Source: an uncultured Bacteroidales bacterium
Lineage (GTDB): Bacteria > Bacteroidota > Bacteroidia > Bacteroidales > ML635J-15
Reading direction: 5' to 3'
Assembly: GCA_937982115.1 (NCBI GenBank)
Contig: CALJNE010000008.1
Coordinates: 635 to 64,634 of the forward strand
DNA length: 64,000 bases
The notes beneath the pieces are model-generated. The model made no database searches and was not told where the DNA came from. It saw only the letters and a list, made by a program, of their open reading frames with translations. The translations under genes and the position numbers were made by a program. This document shows positions 29,088 to 39,274 of this stretch, one piece after another; position 1 is the first letter of the stretch; every line of letters begins with the position of its first letter.

Positions 29088-30164
29088 TTAATAGCGTAAA
29101 ACCAAAGCAATGTTAGAATTTATATCATTCATAAGTTCCGGTTCAAGAAAAACAGCATCGCCACCTTTTTCAAGTACAATTTCAATAATTTCATCATAAA
29201 TATCGTCTGTTATGTATTTATTATCGGTACTCTCAAAATTTTCATCAACCGGAATAACTTTATTTTCTTCAATTATTGCTCTTTGAAAAGTTCTTTTTTT
29301 GACAAATATCGTTTTAGCTCTTCCTTGATTTGCCATTTCCCAGATATCAGACAAATCAGTAATAACCTTTCCTGCTGAAACAGCTGCCCTTAATTCTGCA
29401 ATTCTACTGTGATTCTTATTGTCTATAAACTCCTTTACAACAGACCACGCATCAAAAACTATGTGAATATCTTTATCAGCATCTCTGTTTTTATTTATAT
29501 GACCAATAATAGCATCTTTATGTTTTGTGATTTCGAGATAATATTGAAAGTTCCTTTTTTCACAAGCAATTACTATTGGCAATGGATATTGTTTTGTTAT
29601 TTCTGAAAAAGTATTATCAACCTTATTGAAAAATTCTTTGATGTAATTATCAACAAGAGTAGTATTGGATAATTCAGTTTTTGATTTTGGAAATAGATTA
29701 TTTTCGAGAGGGAAAGTATCTTTAAATTCTTTAATTACATTATCATTAAAGGCTTCGATTAGTCTTGCCTGAGTTCTTGAGATTACTAATACGTAATATG
29801 CTTCTTGAGAGTGCATTGCCCGAACAATATCTCTTGTAGCAAAAGTTTTATCAACAATAGTTCTATCAACAACAGGAACAGCCAATCTGATATATTCAGC
29901 AAAATCCTTATTTGCAAATAAAAGTAGGCTTTCAAGATTATGGCTATGATCTATTTTTTGTGCTAAAACATAAATCTTATCTAAAATCGGCATGTAAATT
30001 TTCTTGTCGTATCTCGACACTAATTTTTCCTCTGCTATTTTTATGTGGTTTTTTAGGTTTAGAGGATCTTTTTCGTAATCCGGTTTTGTTCTGTGTGTGT
30101 TAATGATAATTGAAACACATACATCATCCTTAATTTGCTTGATTTTTAAAAAAAATGCTTTCAT
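29088..30164 (-). CDS. baeRF3-family aeRF1-like protein, probable Balon-type ribosome hibernation factor
   Basis: CVSIIINTHRTKPD..KD.LNLKN, FATRDIVRAM, YYVLVISRTQARLIEA, C-terminal D.I.D.IIEIVLEKGGDA; no GGQ motif. Confidence 0.75.
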   Translation of the reverse strand: MKAFFLKIKQIKDDVCVSIIINTHRTKPDYEKDPLNLKNHIKIAEEKLVSRYDKKIYMPILDKIYVLAQKIDHSHNLESLLLFANKDFAEYIRLAVPVVDRTIVDKTFATRDIVRAMHSQEAYYVLVISRTQARLIEAFNDNVIKEFKDTFPLENNLFPKSKTELSNTTLVDNYIKEFFNKVDNTFSEITKQYPLPIVIACEKRNFQYYLEITKHKDAIIGHINKNRDADKDIHIVFDAWSVVKEFIDNKNHSRIAELRAAVSAGKVITDLSDIWEMANQGRAKTIFVKKRTFQRAIIEENKVIPVDENFESTDNKYITDDIYDEIIEIVLEKGGDAVFLEPELMNDINSNIALVLRY

Positions 30165-30325
30165 ATATTACCAATTTTGTTGTTAATATGGTAAAAGTAA
30201 TAAAATATTTAAGAATTCAAAAATCAATTTTTAAAAAAACTTAAAATTGAATTAAACGAATTGTAAAATAGTATTATCAGATGTATTAAATTAGTTTGAG
30301 AGCTTAGAAAAGCAGGATTTTAGAA

Positions 30326-30775
30326 CTAAGCTCCCAAAATTCCTTTTACAGCATCAGCGATTAGTTTGCTTTCTGTTTTACCAGCCAGGCGTTTATTTGC
30401 TTCAGCCATAACTCTGCCCATATCTTTTATCGAAGTAGCTCCGAGTTCAGTTATGATTTTCTGAACTTCTTCTTTTAATTCATCCGGACTTAATTGTTTT
30501 GGCAAATATTGGCTTATTATCTGAGCTTGAAATTCTTCTGTTTCGTAGAGGTCAGGTCTGTTTTGTGAGCGGTAAATTTCTGCTGCATCTTTTCTTTGTT
30601 TTATCAATTTCTGCAAAATCTGAACCTCTTTTTCATAAGTTAAATCTGAATTTCCTGCATCTGTTTTTGCAAGAAGAAAAGCTGCTTTAACTGCACGCAA
30701 TGCTTCGAGTTTTTCTTTTTCTTTGGCTAGCATTGCCTTTTTAATGTCTTCGTTAATTTGTTCGAAAATGCTCAT
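30326..30775 (-). CDS. GatB/YqeY domain protein
   Basis: IKKAMLAKEKEKLEALRAVKAA, QRKDAAEIY, YLPKQLS, KDMGRVM. Confidence 0.93.
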   Translation of the reverse strand: MSIFEQINEDIKKAMLAKEKEKLEALRAVKAAFLLAKTDAGNSDLTYEKEVQILQKLIKQRKDAAEIYRSQNRPDLYETEEFQAQIISQYLPKQLSPDELKEEVQKIITELGATSIKDMGRVMAEANKRLAGKTESKLIADAVKGILGA

Positions 30776-30786
30776 AATAGTAAATT

Positions 30787-32088
30787 TTATATGTTAGTAT
30801 TATTCTTTTTCCTTTCAATTGCGGGCTGTTCTTCCAGGAAGTCGAGATAATCCGAATTATTCAAATCATTAATATCTTTAACGTGAGTGAAATTATTCTT
30901 GTTTGTGTCAGGAATGGCTTCGTCTTCTTCCAGATTTTGAGGGAATTCAATTTCTAATTCTATTGGTGTGCCATCGGAACTTATTACCGGATTGTTATCT
31001 GATTTTTCATCCGAAATTGTATTACTGATTACTTCGTCCGGGTCGTCACCTAGAGATATGGTGATTGTTTTTTTACTATCATTTTTTTCATTTTTGTTTT
31101 CGTACATGTGTTCATAGGTAGCAAATCCTGTAGCGATTATTGTAACACTTATTTCTTCGCCCATGCTGTCGTCGAAACCGGTTCCCCATATTACATTAGT
31201 ATCTTTTCCGACAACTTCCTTGAAGTATCCGGTAATTCTTCCGAATTCAGCCATTGTAAGTTCATGTTCACCTGTAGAGCTGATGATGTTTAGAAGAATA
31301 TTTTTTGCTCCTCTGATGTCGTTATCGTTGAGCAGCGGCCATTCGAGAGCACTTTTTATAGCTTCTAAGTCTCTGTTTTCGCCTTTTGCTCTTGAGGATC
31401 CAATTATTGCCACACCGCTGTTCTTCATGACTGTTTTTACATCTTCGAAGTCAACGTTAATATATCCAGGTATGGTGATAATTTCCGCAATTCCCTTGGT
31501 AGCTGTTGCCAAAACTTCGTCGGCCTTTAAGAAAGCCTCACTGAATTTTAGATTGTTGTAAATGTCATACAATTTTTCGTTGTTTATAACCAACAGAGCA
31601 TCTACATATTGACGCATCTTTTCTATACCTTCCTTAGCCTGATTTATTCTTGTTTCGCCTTCGATTAAGAAAGGAATAGAAACAATCCCTATTGTAAGAA
31701 TATCTCTTTTGTTTGCAGCTTCGGCAATAACAGGAGCGGCCCCTGTGCCTGTACCTCCACCCATGCCGGCTGTGATGAACACCATTTTAGTGTTATTGTC
31801 AAGAATGGTTTCAATTTCAGCCAGACTTTCTATAGCAGCCTGACGACCTCGTTCGGGGTTGTTACCGGCTCCTCTTCCTTCGGTAAGCGTTTTGCCGAGA
31901 ATTATTTTTGTTTCTACAGGGCTGTAATTCAAGGCTTGAGCATCGGTGTTGCAGACAATAAAATCAACACCTTTTACGCCCATTTTGAACATTTGATTAA
32001 CTGCGTTGCTACCACCTCCTCCGACACCAATAACTTTGATTATCGAGGATTCTTCTTTTGGTATGTTGAATTCTATTTCGTCGAACAT
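30787..32088 (-). CDS. ftsZ: Cell division protein FtsZ (start at 32088 preferred over 32130, which overlaps ftsA)
   Basis: IKVIGVGGGGSNAVN, GMGGGTGTG, INVDFEDV. Confidence 0.98.
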   Translation of the reverse strand: MFDEIEFNIPKEESSIIKVIGVGGGGSNAVNQMFKMGVKGVDFIVCNTDAQALNYSPVETKIILGKTLTEGRGAGNNPERGRQAAIESLAEIETILDNNTKMVFITAGMGGGTGTGAAPVIAEAANKRDILTIGIVSIPFLIEGETRINQAKEGIEKMRQYVDALLVINNEKLYDIYNNLKFSEAFLKADEVLATATKGIAEIITIPGYINVDFEDVKTVMKNSGVAIIGSSRAKGENRDLEAIKSALEWPLLNDNDIRGAKNILLNIISSTGEHELTMAEFGRITGYFKEVVGKDTNVIWGTGFDDSMGEEISVTIIATGFATYEHMYENKNEKNDSKKTITISLGDDPDEVISNTISDEKSDNNPVISSDGTPIELEIEFPQNLEEDEAIPDTNKNNFTHVKDINDLNNSDYLDFLEEQPAIERKKNNTNI

Positions 32089-32113
32089 GGCTATCTGTTT
32101 TTTTATGTTATTA

Positions 32114-33436
32114 TTATTCTTCATCATCAAAGAGTTTGGTCATTCTGGTTTTTAGTTTATTCAAAAAACTGTCATCCGGATTTTTCGGAGCTTTGTTTTT
32201 TGTTTTATCTTCTTCTTCGATTCTTTCTTCTTTGGTATTCAAATTTTCGATTACTGATTTTTCTTCTACATCTTTAGCATCTTCGAATTGAATTCCTTTA
32301 ATGAGTAATCCTACTGCTGTTGAATATTGTGGCTGATTTATAATTTCGGAATATTGTCCTGAAATGTAGTCAGTTGGGAGAGCTATTCTTACGTCGTTAG
32401 CTGAAATGTATTTTGTGAGTTGTTTAAGGTTTTTAAGTAGAGAGCCTCCTCCTGTCATTACTATGCCGCCCGGAAGTTTTTCGCGTATTCCGCCGGTTTC
32501 AATCTGAAACATAATGGCATGAATAATTTCCTCCATTCTGGCCTGAATAGTCTCGTTTAGTTCGTAAAGAGAAAATTCTACTGGTTCTCTTCCTTTTAAA
32601 GGTTCCACTGATATTTTAACATCTTCCTGGTGTTTTTCTGCTAAGGCATACCCGTGTTTTATTTTTAATTCTTCGGCTTGTTTTTCAAGTATTCCAAACC
32701 TGTTTTTTATATCCATTGTAACAGTATTACCGCCAATTGGTATAACAGCTGTGTGTAAAACTTTTTCATTTTTAAAAATAGCAAGGTCGCTTGTTCCACC
32801 TCCAATATCAATCAAGGCAACTCCTGATTCTTTTTCCTGAGGTGTTAGCACCGCTTCTGCCGAGGCTAATGGCTCAAGAAACAGAGCTTTAATTTTTAAA
32901 TCGGCTAAGGATACACATTTTTTTATGTTATTAACCATTGACATCTTCCCACTGATAACATGAAAATTACCTTCGAGCAAGTTAGCTGTCATTCCTATAG
33001 GATTTTCAATGCCTGTTGTTTTATCAACGATGTAACTTTGTGGTATTATTTCGAGAACTTCCTCTCCGGGATCAGTAATTTGATTTTTCATTTTGTTGTA
33101 CAACATTGTTAGATGCTCGCTCTTTATTACCTTGTCCGGAGTATCTATAACAATGCTGCAACGGTTCTTGGTGCCAATAACGTGCTGACCGGCAATACCA
33201 ACATACACTTCGCTCAACTCGATGCCGCACTCTTCTTTTATGATATTTAATACTTTTTTTATTGAGCTAACCGTATCATCAATGTTTAATACGGCTCCTC
33301 TTTTAATACCTTTTGATGGAGTGGTGGCAAAGGCTACAACTTCAATTTTATCACTGAAAATTTTTCTTCCTGCTATTGCAGCAATTTTTGTTGTACCAAT
33401 ATCAATTGCTCCGATTATTTCTGAGTTATTTATCAT
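32114..33436 (-). CDS. ftsA: Cell division protein FtsA
   Basis: AIDIGTTKI, VGIAGQH, EPLASAEAVL, DIGGGTSD. Confidence 0.97.
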   Translation of the reverse strand: MINNSEIIGAIDIGTTKIAAIAGRKIFSDKIEVVAFATTPSKGIKRGAVLNIDDTVSSIKKVLNIIKEECGIELSEVYVGIAGQHVIGTKNRCSIVIDTPDKVIKSEHLTMLYNKMKNQITDPGEEVLEIIPQSYIVDKTTGIENPIGMTANLLEGNFHVISGKMSMVNNIKKCVSLADLKIKALFLEPLASAEAVLTPQEKESGVALIDIGGGTSDLAIFKNEKVLHTAVIPIGGNTVTMDIKNRFGILEKQAEELKIKHGYALAEKHQEDVKISVEPLKGREPVEFSLYELNETIQARMEEIIHAIMFQIETGGIREKLPGGIVMTGGGSLLKNLKQLTKYISANDVRIALPTDYISGQYSEIINQPQYSTAVGLLIKGIQFEDAKDVEEKSVIENLNTKEERIEEEDKTKNKAPKNPDDSFLNKLKTRMTKLFDDEE

Positions 33437-33440
33437 AATG

Positions 33441-34223
33441 TTATTTTTTTTTACAAATTACTTGATTCGAAAATTTTAAATTTATAGATTTATATTTATT
33501 CCAATCTGTGAGCGAAAAACCTTTACTGTACATTGCCTCTAACTTCCCGAGTTTGTATTTGTAATTTTCCGGACTACCAAGTATTATTATATGTTCTCCG
33601 ACTCGTGGAACTAATTCAATGTCGTTGTTTTCAGCAATATATATCTGTTCAAATTGATGTTTCCATAAATCGTGATTATTGATATATTTCACCAATTCAT
33701 AAATTTCGTAAAACGAATAACCATATTGTTCACGAAAGGCTATTCCTTCTGATGTGAAAACCGATTTGAATAAATTTTCATCTATGTTTCCGCTTACAAC
33801 AATTACATTTGCAGTATAATCAGGACAAATATCTACGATTTTAAATTCATCATCTACATAATAGCTCTTATTTGTTGAACAAATCACTCTCATTACCGGA
33901 TTCCGTTGTTTAATTTCAATATAAACTTTTCCCTTTATATCATGATATACTTGAGCTTCTTTTACTCCATTCAGAGTTTCAATCAATTTTTCAATTTTTT
34001 CAAAATTAAGACTATCCAGTAAGGTTTGATTCAAAATTATATTATTAGTTTTCAACAAGTTTTCAATAATTTCGTTGTTAACAAACTTATGATTGTTGTC
34101 TAACAGAATTACCAGGTCCGTACATCTTTGTTTGGACTTTTGTTTGATTGCAAAGCCCAGAACAAAAAATATCCAGAGACCGATTATGAGAATCTTTAAT
34201 ATTTTAAATATCAGCTTCTTCAT
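33441..34223 (-). CDS. ftsQ: Cell division protein FtsQ/DivIB
   Basis: Single TM, POTRA-like region, ELVPRVGEHIIILG, INLKFSNQVICKK; position in dcw cluster. Confidence 0.88.
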   Translation of the reverse strand: MKKLIFKILKILIIGLWIFFVLGFAIKQKSKQRCTDLVILLDNNHKFVNNEIIENLLKTNNIILNQTLLDSLNFEKIEKLIETLNGVKEAQVYHDIKGKVYIEIKQRNPVMRVICSTNKSYYVDDEFKIVDICPDYTANVIVVSGNIDENLFKSVFTSEGIAFREQYGYSFYEIYELVKYINNHDLWKHQFEQIYIAENNDIELVPRVGEHIIILGSPENYKYKLGKLEAMYSKGFSLTDWNKYKSINLKFSNQVICKKK

Positions 34224-35598
34224 TCAGCAAAGTTGTTTTTATTGGTTGAACAAGCATATCAATATCTCCGGCTCCCATAGTAATAATTACTTCTTTGTCT
34301 AAACTTTTTAAAATTTCGGTAAGCTCTTGTTTTGAGCAAAGCATTTTGTCTTGAATATGTAAATTTTCAAGGATCAAATCCGACTCTACTCCCGGAATAG
34401 GCAATTCCCGAGCAGGATAAATCGGCAATAAAATTACTCTGTCGCACAACTCCAGACTACGAGCAAATTCTTTGTAGAAGTCCTTTGTTCTGGAGTACAG
34501 ATGAGGCTGAAAAATACCTGTTATGTGTTTTCCGGGGTATAATAATCGTACTGATTTCACAAATGCTTCTAATTCGCTGGGGTGGTGGGCATAGTCATCT
34601 ATATACACTAGATTTTTAGTGTTTATGATATAATCGAAACGTCTTTTTATTCCTTGATATGATTCCAAACCTTTTCTTACAGAATCTTCATCAATGTTAT
34701 TTACTAAACACAAAGACGCTGCAGCCAGTGCATTTTCAAGATTATGATTGCCTCCTATTTGATATTTAATATTTTTGATTAAACCTGTCGGGTGCTGAAT
34801 ATCAAAATAACAAAATCCATTTTCGTAGTGGATGTTTTTTAATGAAAAATCATAATCTTCATCATTGACGGAATAACGGAATACTTTTATTGAACTGTTG
34901 ACATTCTTTTGAAAATCAATATCAACGTGATTGCTTAACAATAAGCTTCCTCCCTGCTTTATTTGATTTGCAAATTGCAGATAAGCATTATACAGGTTTT
35001 CGTAAGTGTGATATATATCCAGATGGTCGGGTTCAATGTATGTTATTACGGCTGTAGTCGGGAATAATTGATGAAAAGACCTGTCGTATTCATCGGCTTC
35101 TGCTACGACATAATCCGATTCAGGATGGTTTATGAAATTGGAATTTATATTTTTTAATATTCCTCCTAAAAATGCAGAACATTTATTTTTGGTATGAAGT
35201 AAAATATTTGTGCAAATTCCCGAAACTGAAGTTTTCCCGTGACTTCCGGCAATAGCAATTGCATATTTTTGATTTGCAATCATTCCAAGAATCTGAGCTC
35301 GTTTGTAAATAGAAAAATTGTGAGATTTGAAAAATTCTAATTCACGGTGTTCCCCTGGAATAGCAGGAGTAAATACTACAATAGTATAGTCAGGATTTTT
35401 ATATATTTCGGGAATAAGATTTATGTTTTCTTCGTAATGTATATTTACGCCAATATTTTCAAGCATATCGCAAAGTTCGGATTTAACTCTGTCGTAACCA
35501 GCAACATTGTATCCGGCAAGTTTGAAATATTGAGCTAAACCGCTCATTCCAACGCCTCCAATTCCAAGAAAATATATGTTTTTGATATTATTTTCCAT
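34204..35598 (-). CDS. murC: UDP-N-acetylmuramate--L-alanine ligase
   Basis: GIGGVGMSGLA, AGSHGKT, EADEYDRSF, DDYAHHP, FQPHLYSRT. Confidence 0.98.
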   Translation of the reverse strand: MENNIKNIYFLGIGGVGMSGLAQYFKLAGYNVAGYDRVKSELCDMLENIGVNIHYEENINLIPEIYKNPDYTIVVFTPAIPGEHRELEFFKSHNFSIYKRAQILGMIANQKYAIAIAGSHGKTSVSGICTNILLHTKNKCSAFLGGILKNINSNFINHPESDYVVAEADEYDRSFHQLFPTTAVITYIEPDHLDIYHTYENLYNAYLQFANQIKQGGSLLLSNHVDIDFQKNVNSSIKVFRYSVNDEDYDFSLKNIHYENGFCYFDIQHPTGLIKNIKYQIGGNHNLENALAAASLCLVNNIDEDSVRKGLESYQGIKRRFDYIINTKNLVYIDDYAHHPSELEAFVKSVRLLYPGKHITGIFQPHLYSRTKDFYKEFARSLELCDRVILLPIYPARELPIPGVESDLILENLHIQDKMLCSKQELTEILKSLDKEVIITMGAGDIDMLVQPIKTTLLNEEADI

Positions 35599-36697
35599 AC
35601 ACTAACGAATAAATTTCATCGGCAATTATTTCAGCAGAATTTCTAACGGCTAATTTTTTTATGTTTTCTGAAAGCGTGTTTTTCAATTCTTCATTTTCAA
35701 CAAGTTCAATGGCTACATCAACAAGTTTTTCAGCTGCTTCATTGTCCTTAACCAGAATTGCAGCATTTTTTTCGACTAAAGCCAGAGCATTTTTAGTTTG
35801 GTGGTCTTCTGCAACGTTAGGAGAGGGGACAAGTATAACAGGTTTTCCGACCACACACAGTTCCGAAATTGTTCCTGCTCCAGCTCTGGAAATAATTATA
35901 TCGGCAGCAGCAAAAGCATAATCCATCTTATATATAAAACCGGTGATAACAATGTTTTTTAAATTATCAGGATTTGACTTTTTAGCAGTTTCAAAATATG
36001 TTTTTCCTGTTTGCCAGATTAATCCGATGTTTTTTTCGTAAATTTTATTTAATCCTGATGCTATGCTTTCGTTTATTGTTCTTGCTCCTAAACTTCCGCC
36101 AACAACAAGAATTACCGGAATGTTATGTTCTAAACCGAAAAAGTTGCGAGATTCGATTTTGTTGGCATTCAGATTTTCAATTTCCTGACGTATCGGATTT
36201 CCGGTTTTAATTATTTTATCTGCGGGAAAATATTTTTCCATATTATCATAAGCCACGCAAATTTTCTTTACTTTTTTTGAGAGCAATTTGTTGGTGATTC
36301 CGGGATAAGAGTTTTGTTCCTGAATAATACAAGGCACTCCCAGAGATAAGGCAGCACGTAGAGCCGGACCGCTGGCATATCCACCAACCCCAACAGCTGC
36401 ATCAGGTTTAAATTGTTTAACGATTTTTCGGGCTTTGAAATAACTTTTTAGAGTTTTGAAAACAAATTTTATCAAATCCGGAGAAAGTTTTCGGCTTAGT
36501 CCCATTACAGGCAGTCCGATGATTTTATATCCGGCAGCGGGGACTTTTTCCATTTCCATTCGCCCTTCGGCACCAACAAATAAAATTTCGGTGTCGGGAT
36601 ATTTACTTTTCAGAGCATTGGCAATAGAAATTGCTGGGAAAATATGACCTCCCGTTCCTCCGCCACTTATCAATATTTTAAGATTCTTTTTCTGCAT
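35588..36697 (-). CDS. murG: Lipid II GlcNAc transferase
   Basis: GGGTGGHIFP, GGYASGP, TGNPIR, GGSLGA, SRAGAGT, EDHQTKNA. Confidence 0.98.
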   Translation of the reverse strand: MQKKNLKILISGGGTGGHIFPAISIANALKSKYPDTEILFVGAEGRMEMEKVPAAGYKIIGLPVMGLSRKLSPDLIKFVFKTLKSYFKARKIVKQFKPDAAVGVGGYASGPALRAALSLGVPCIIQEQNSYPGITNKLLSKKVKKICVAYDNMEKYFPADKIIKTGNPIRQEIENLNANKIESRNFFGLEHNIPVILVVGGSLGARTINESIASGLNKIYEKNIGLIWQTGKTYFETAKKSNPDNLKNIVITGFIYKMDYAFAAADIIISRAGAGTISELCVVGKPVILVPSPNVAEDHQTKNALALVEKNAAILVKDNEAAEKLVDVAIELVENEELKNTLSENIKKLAVRNSAEIIADEIYSLVYGK

Positions 36698-37928
36698 CGG
36701 GTTCTGTATTTGATTCTTCGTTATTGATTACTTCTATAGAATTTTCTGTTTTGCTTTCGTCCTCAGCAGAAAGAGCTTCGGACTGCATCTTTTCTTCAAG
36801 TTCTTTTTGTTCAACTTCTCTGCTAACACTCAATATTATACCGAAAGCAACACCAGTGAAAAATATTGAAGTCCCTCCGTAACTAATAAATGGCAGCGGC
36901 TGACCAGTTACAGGAAAAACATTTGTAGCGACTGCCATATTTGACAATGCTTGTGTAACAATTAAAATAGACATTGAGGCGGTGATATAAATTCCAAACT
37001 TTCGTCCGGCTTTTTTGATGATTCTTTTGGCTCTTAAAAACAGAAACAGATAAAACGCCATTATGGGAATTACACCAAAAACAAGCCCAAGTTCTTCGGT
37101 GATAATTGCAAAAATGTAATCTGAATATGGATTGGGAAGAATATTACGTTGTATTGATTTACCGGGACCTTTGCCAAAAAGTTTTCCTGTTGCTACTGCT
37201 ATTTTTGAATGTGTTTGTTGTATGTTCTCGGGTTTGTTAGGGTCCATGAATGTTTCAATACGGTTGTTCCAGGTTTCGAATCTGCCCACGTCCTTAAATG
37301 TTTTTATAGCGGCAAAAAGTAATAATGCAAAACCTACGGTTATTAAAAACGTTATAGCCAGATTTTTAAACCCGACTTTTCCAAGGAAAACTAAAATCAT
37401 GCTAACCCCAAAAAGCAATAAAGCGGTTGACAAATCTGCCACCATTATCAGTCCGCATGTAATAACAATAGGGAGAAAAATGTTTTTCAGATAATTCAAG
37501 GTGATTTTATTTTCTTCTTCTTTGAGTGTAAGATTTCTTGATAAAAACATCAGTAATGTAATTTTTGCAAAATCGGAAGTTTGAAAAGTTATTCCTCCCG
37601 GCAATAGTAACCATCTGCGAGCATCGTTAATGTTTAAGCCCCAGATTAAAGTTATAATAAGTAAGAAAATAGAAAGATACCATAGAAAAACGGAGGGTTT
37701 ACTAAAGTATTTGTAAGGCACTTTTGAAATCATTAAAGCAGCTCCGGTACCAATTCCTAAAATTATTATTTGTCGGAATAAGTATTTGGTGGCGTTAATG
37801 CCGCTGGCGTCGTAAGCCAATTGAGACGAGGCACTATAAACCGAAAGTATGGAATAAAAGCCAAGGAGTAGCATTATTCTCCATATACCTTTATCGCCTT
37901 CGAATATTTTTTGTCTTTTTTCTTCCAT
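36678..37928 (-). CDS. ftsW: SEDS peptidoglycan polymerase FtsW
   Basis: ARRWL, FQTSDFAK, GKGPG.S, SDYIFAII.EE, GQPLPFISYGGTS. Confidence 0.95.
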   Translation of the reverse strand: MEEKRQKIFEGDKGIWRIMLLLGFYSILSVYSASSQLAYDASGINATKYLFRQIIILGIGTGAALMISKVPYKYFSKPSVFLWYLSIFLLIITLIWGLNINDARRWLLLPGGITFQTSDFAKITLLMFLSRNLTLKEEENKITLNYLKNIFLPIVITCGLIMVADLSTALLLFGVSMILVFLGKVGFKNLAITFLITVGFALLLFAAIKTFKDVGRFETWNNRIETFMDPNKPENIQQTHSKIAVATGKLFGKGPGKSIQRNILPNPYSDYIFAIITEELGLVFGVIPIMAFYLFLFLRAKRIIKKAGRKFGIYITASMSILIVTQALSNMAVATNVFPVTGQPLPFISYGGTSIFFTGVAFGIILSVSREVEQKELEEKMQSEALSAEDESKTENSIEVINNEESNTEPDAEKES

Positions 37929-39271
37929 TACAACGACCTCACTGCTAATTTAAATTGAGTTCCACGGTCTTCGTAATTATTGAACAAATCGAAACTTGCA
38001 CAAGCCGGAGAGAGTAGGACAGTGTCTCCTTTCTTGCCAAGACGATAAGCTGTCATAACTGCTTCGGGCATACTTTTAGTATCAACAATTACAGGAACAA
38101 TACCTTCGAAAGCCTTGTGTAAAGGCTCATTGTTTAGACCCAGGCAAACAATAGCTTTTACTTTTTTCTTAACTAAATCTGTAAGCATCGAGTAATCGTT
38201 TCCTTTATCTATTCCGCCGGCAATCCAGATAATCGGAGCTTCAACAGACTCAAGGGCATACCATGCTGAATTTACATTAGTTGCTTTGGAATCGTTTATA
38301 AACATAATTCCGTGAACGCAAATAACCGGCTCTAAACGATGTTCAACATTTTTGAAATCCATCAAACTTTCACGGATAACCTCTTTTGTGATGTTTAAAG
38401 CTCTTGCTACAATTCCGGCTGCCATTGAATTGTAAACATTGTGTTTTCCTTTGATTGAAATTTCGTCTATAAACATTTTAAAATCTGATTTTTTGTTAAA
38501 TACATAATTTATTTGGTCGAACTCTAAGTATGCTCCATTTTCGACATTGGTTTTTCGTTGGGAAAATTCAAATTGTTTTGCTAAAATTTCTCTTTTGTTT
38601 ATTTCGTTGATTATGGTTTCATCGTCGCTGCAGTAAATAAAAAGGTCGTCTTTTGTAGTATTATTGAGGATTCTGAATTTAGAGTCAACATAGTTTTGAA
38701 ATTTGTAGTCGTACCTGTCGAGGTGGTCGGGTGTAATATTTAGCAAAACAGAGAGTTCACTTTTAAAATCGTACATATTGTCGAGTTGAAAACTGCTGAG
38801 TTCTATTACGTAGTAATCAAAATTTTCTGTGGCTACCTGATATGCAAAACTTTTACCTACATTTCCTGCCAAGCCTACATTTAGTCCGGCTTTTTTAAGA
38901 ATGTGGTATGTAAGCATAGTGGTAGTTGTTTTACCGTTACTTCCGGTAATACAAATTTTAATGGCATTGGTATATCGAGCAGCAAATTCAATTTCTGAAA
39001 TTATGGGAATATTCAAAGACTTTAGTTTTTTAATAAGGGGAACACTGTCGGGGATTCCCGGAGATTTAATAATTTCGTTTGCGTTGAGTATCATTTCTTC
39101 GGTGTGTTGTTTTTCTTCGAAAGCAATTTCGTACTTGTTAAGAATTTTTTTGTATTTGTCTGGAATTTCCGCTTTGTCGGAGACAAAAACATCAAATCCT
39201 TTTACTTTGGCCAAAACCGCAGCACCTGTTCCGCTTTCTCCCGAGCCTAAAATTACTATTTTCTTGTTCAT
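37928..39271 (-). CDS. murD: UDP-MurNAc-L-Ala--D-Glu ligase
   Basis: ITGSNGKTT, ELSSFQL, PDHLDRY, NDSKATN, LLSPACASFD. Confidence 0.98.
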   Translation of the reverse strand: MNKKIVILGSGESGTGAAVLAKVKGFDVFVSDKAEIPDKYKKILNKYEIAFEEKQHTEEMILNANEIIKSPGIPDSVPLIKKLKSLNIPIISEIEFAARYTNAIKICITGSNGKTTTTMLTYHILKKAGLNVGLAGNVGKSFAYQVATENFDYYVIELSSFQLDNMYDFKSELSVLLNITPDHLDRYDYKFQNYVDSKFRILNNTTKDDLFIYCSDDETIINEINKREILAKQFEFSQRKTNVENGAYLEFDQINYVFNKKSDFKMFIDEISIKGKHNVYNSMAAGIVARALNITKEVIRESLMDFKNVEHRLEPVICVHGIMFINDSKATNVNSAWYALESVEAPIIWIAGGIDKGNDYSMLTDLVKKKVKAIVCLGLNNEPLHKAFEGIVPVIVDTKSMPEAVMTAYRLGKKGDTVLLSPACASFDLFNNYEDRGTQFKLAVRSL

Positions 39272-39274
39272 TGT

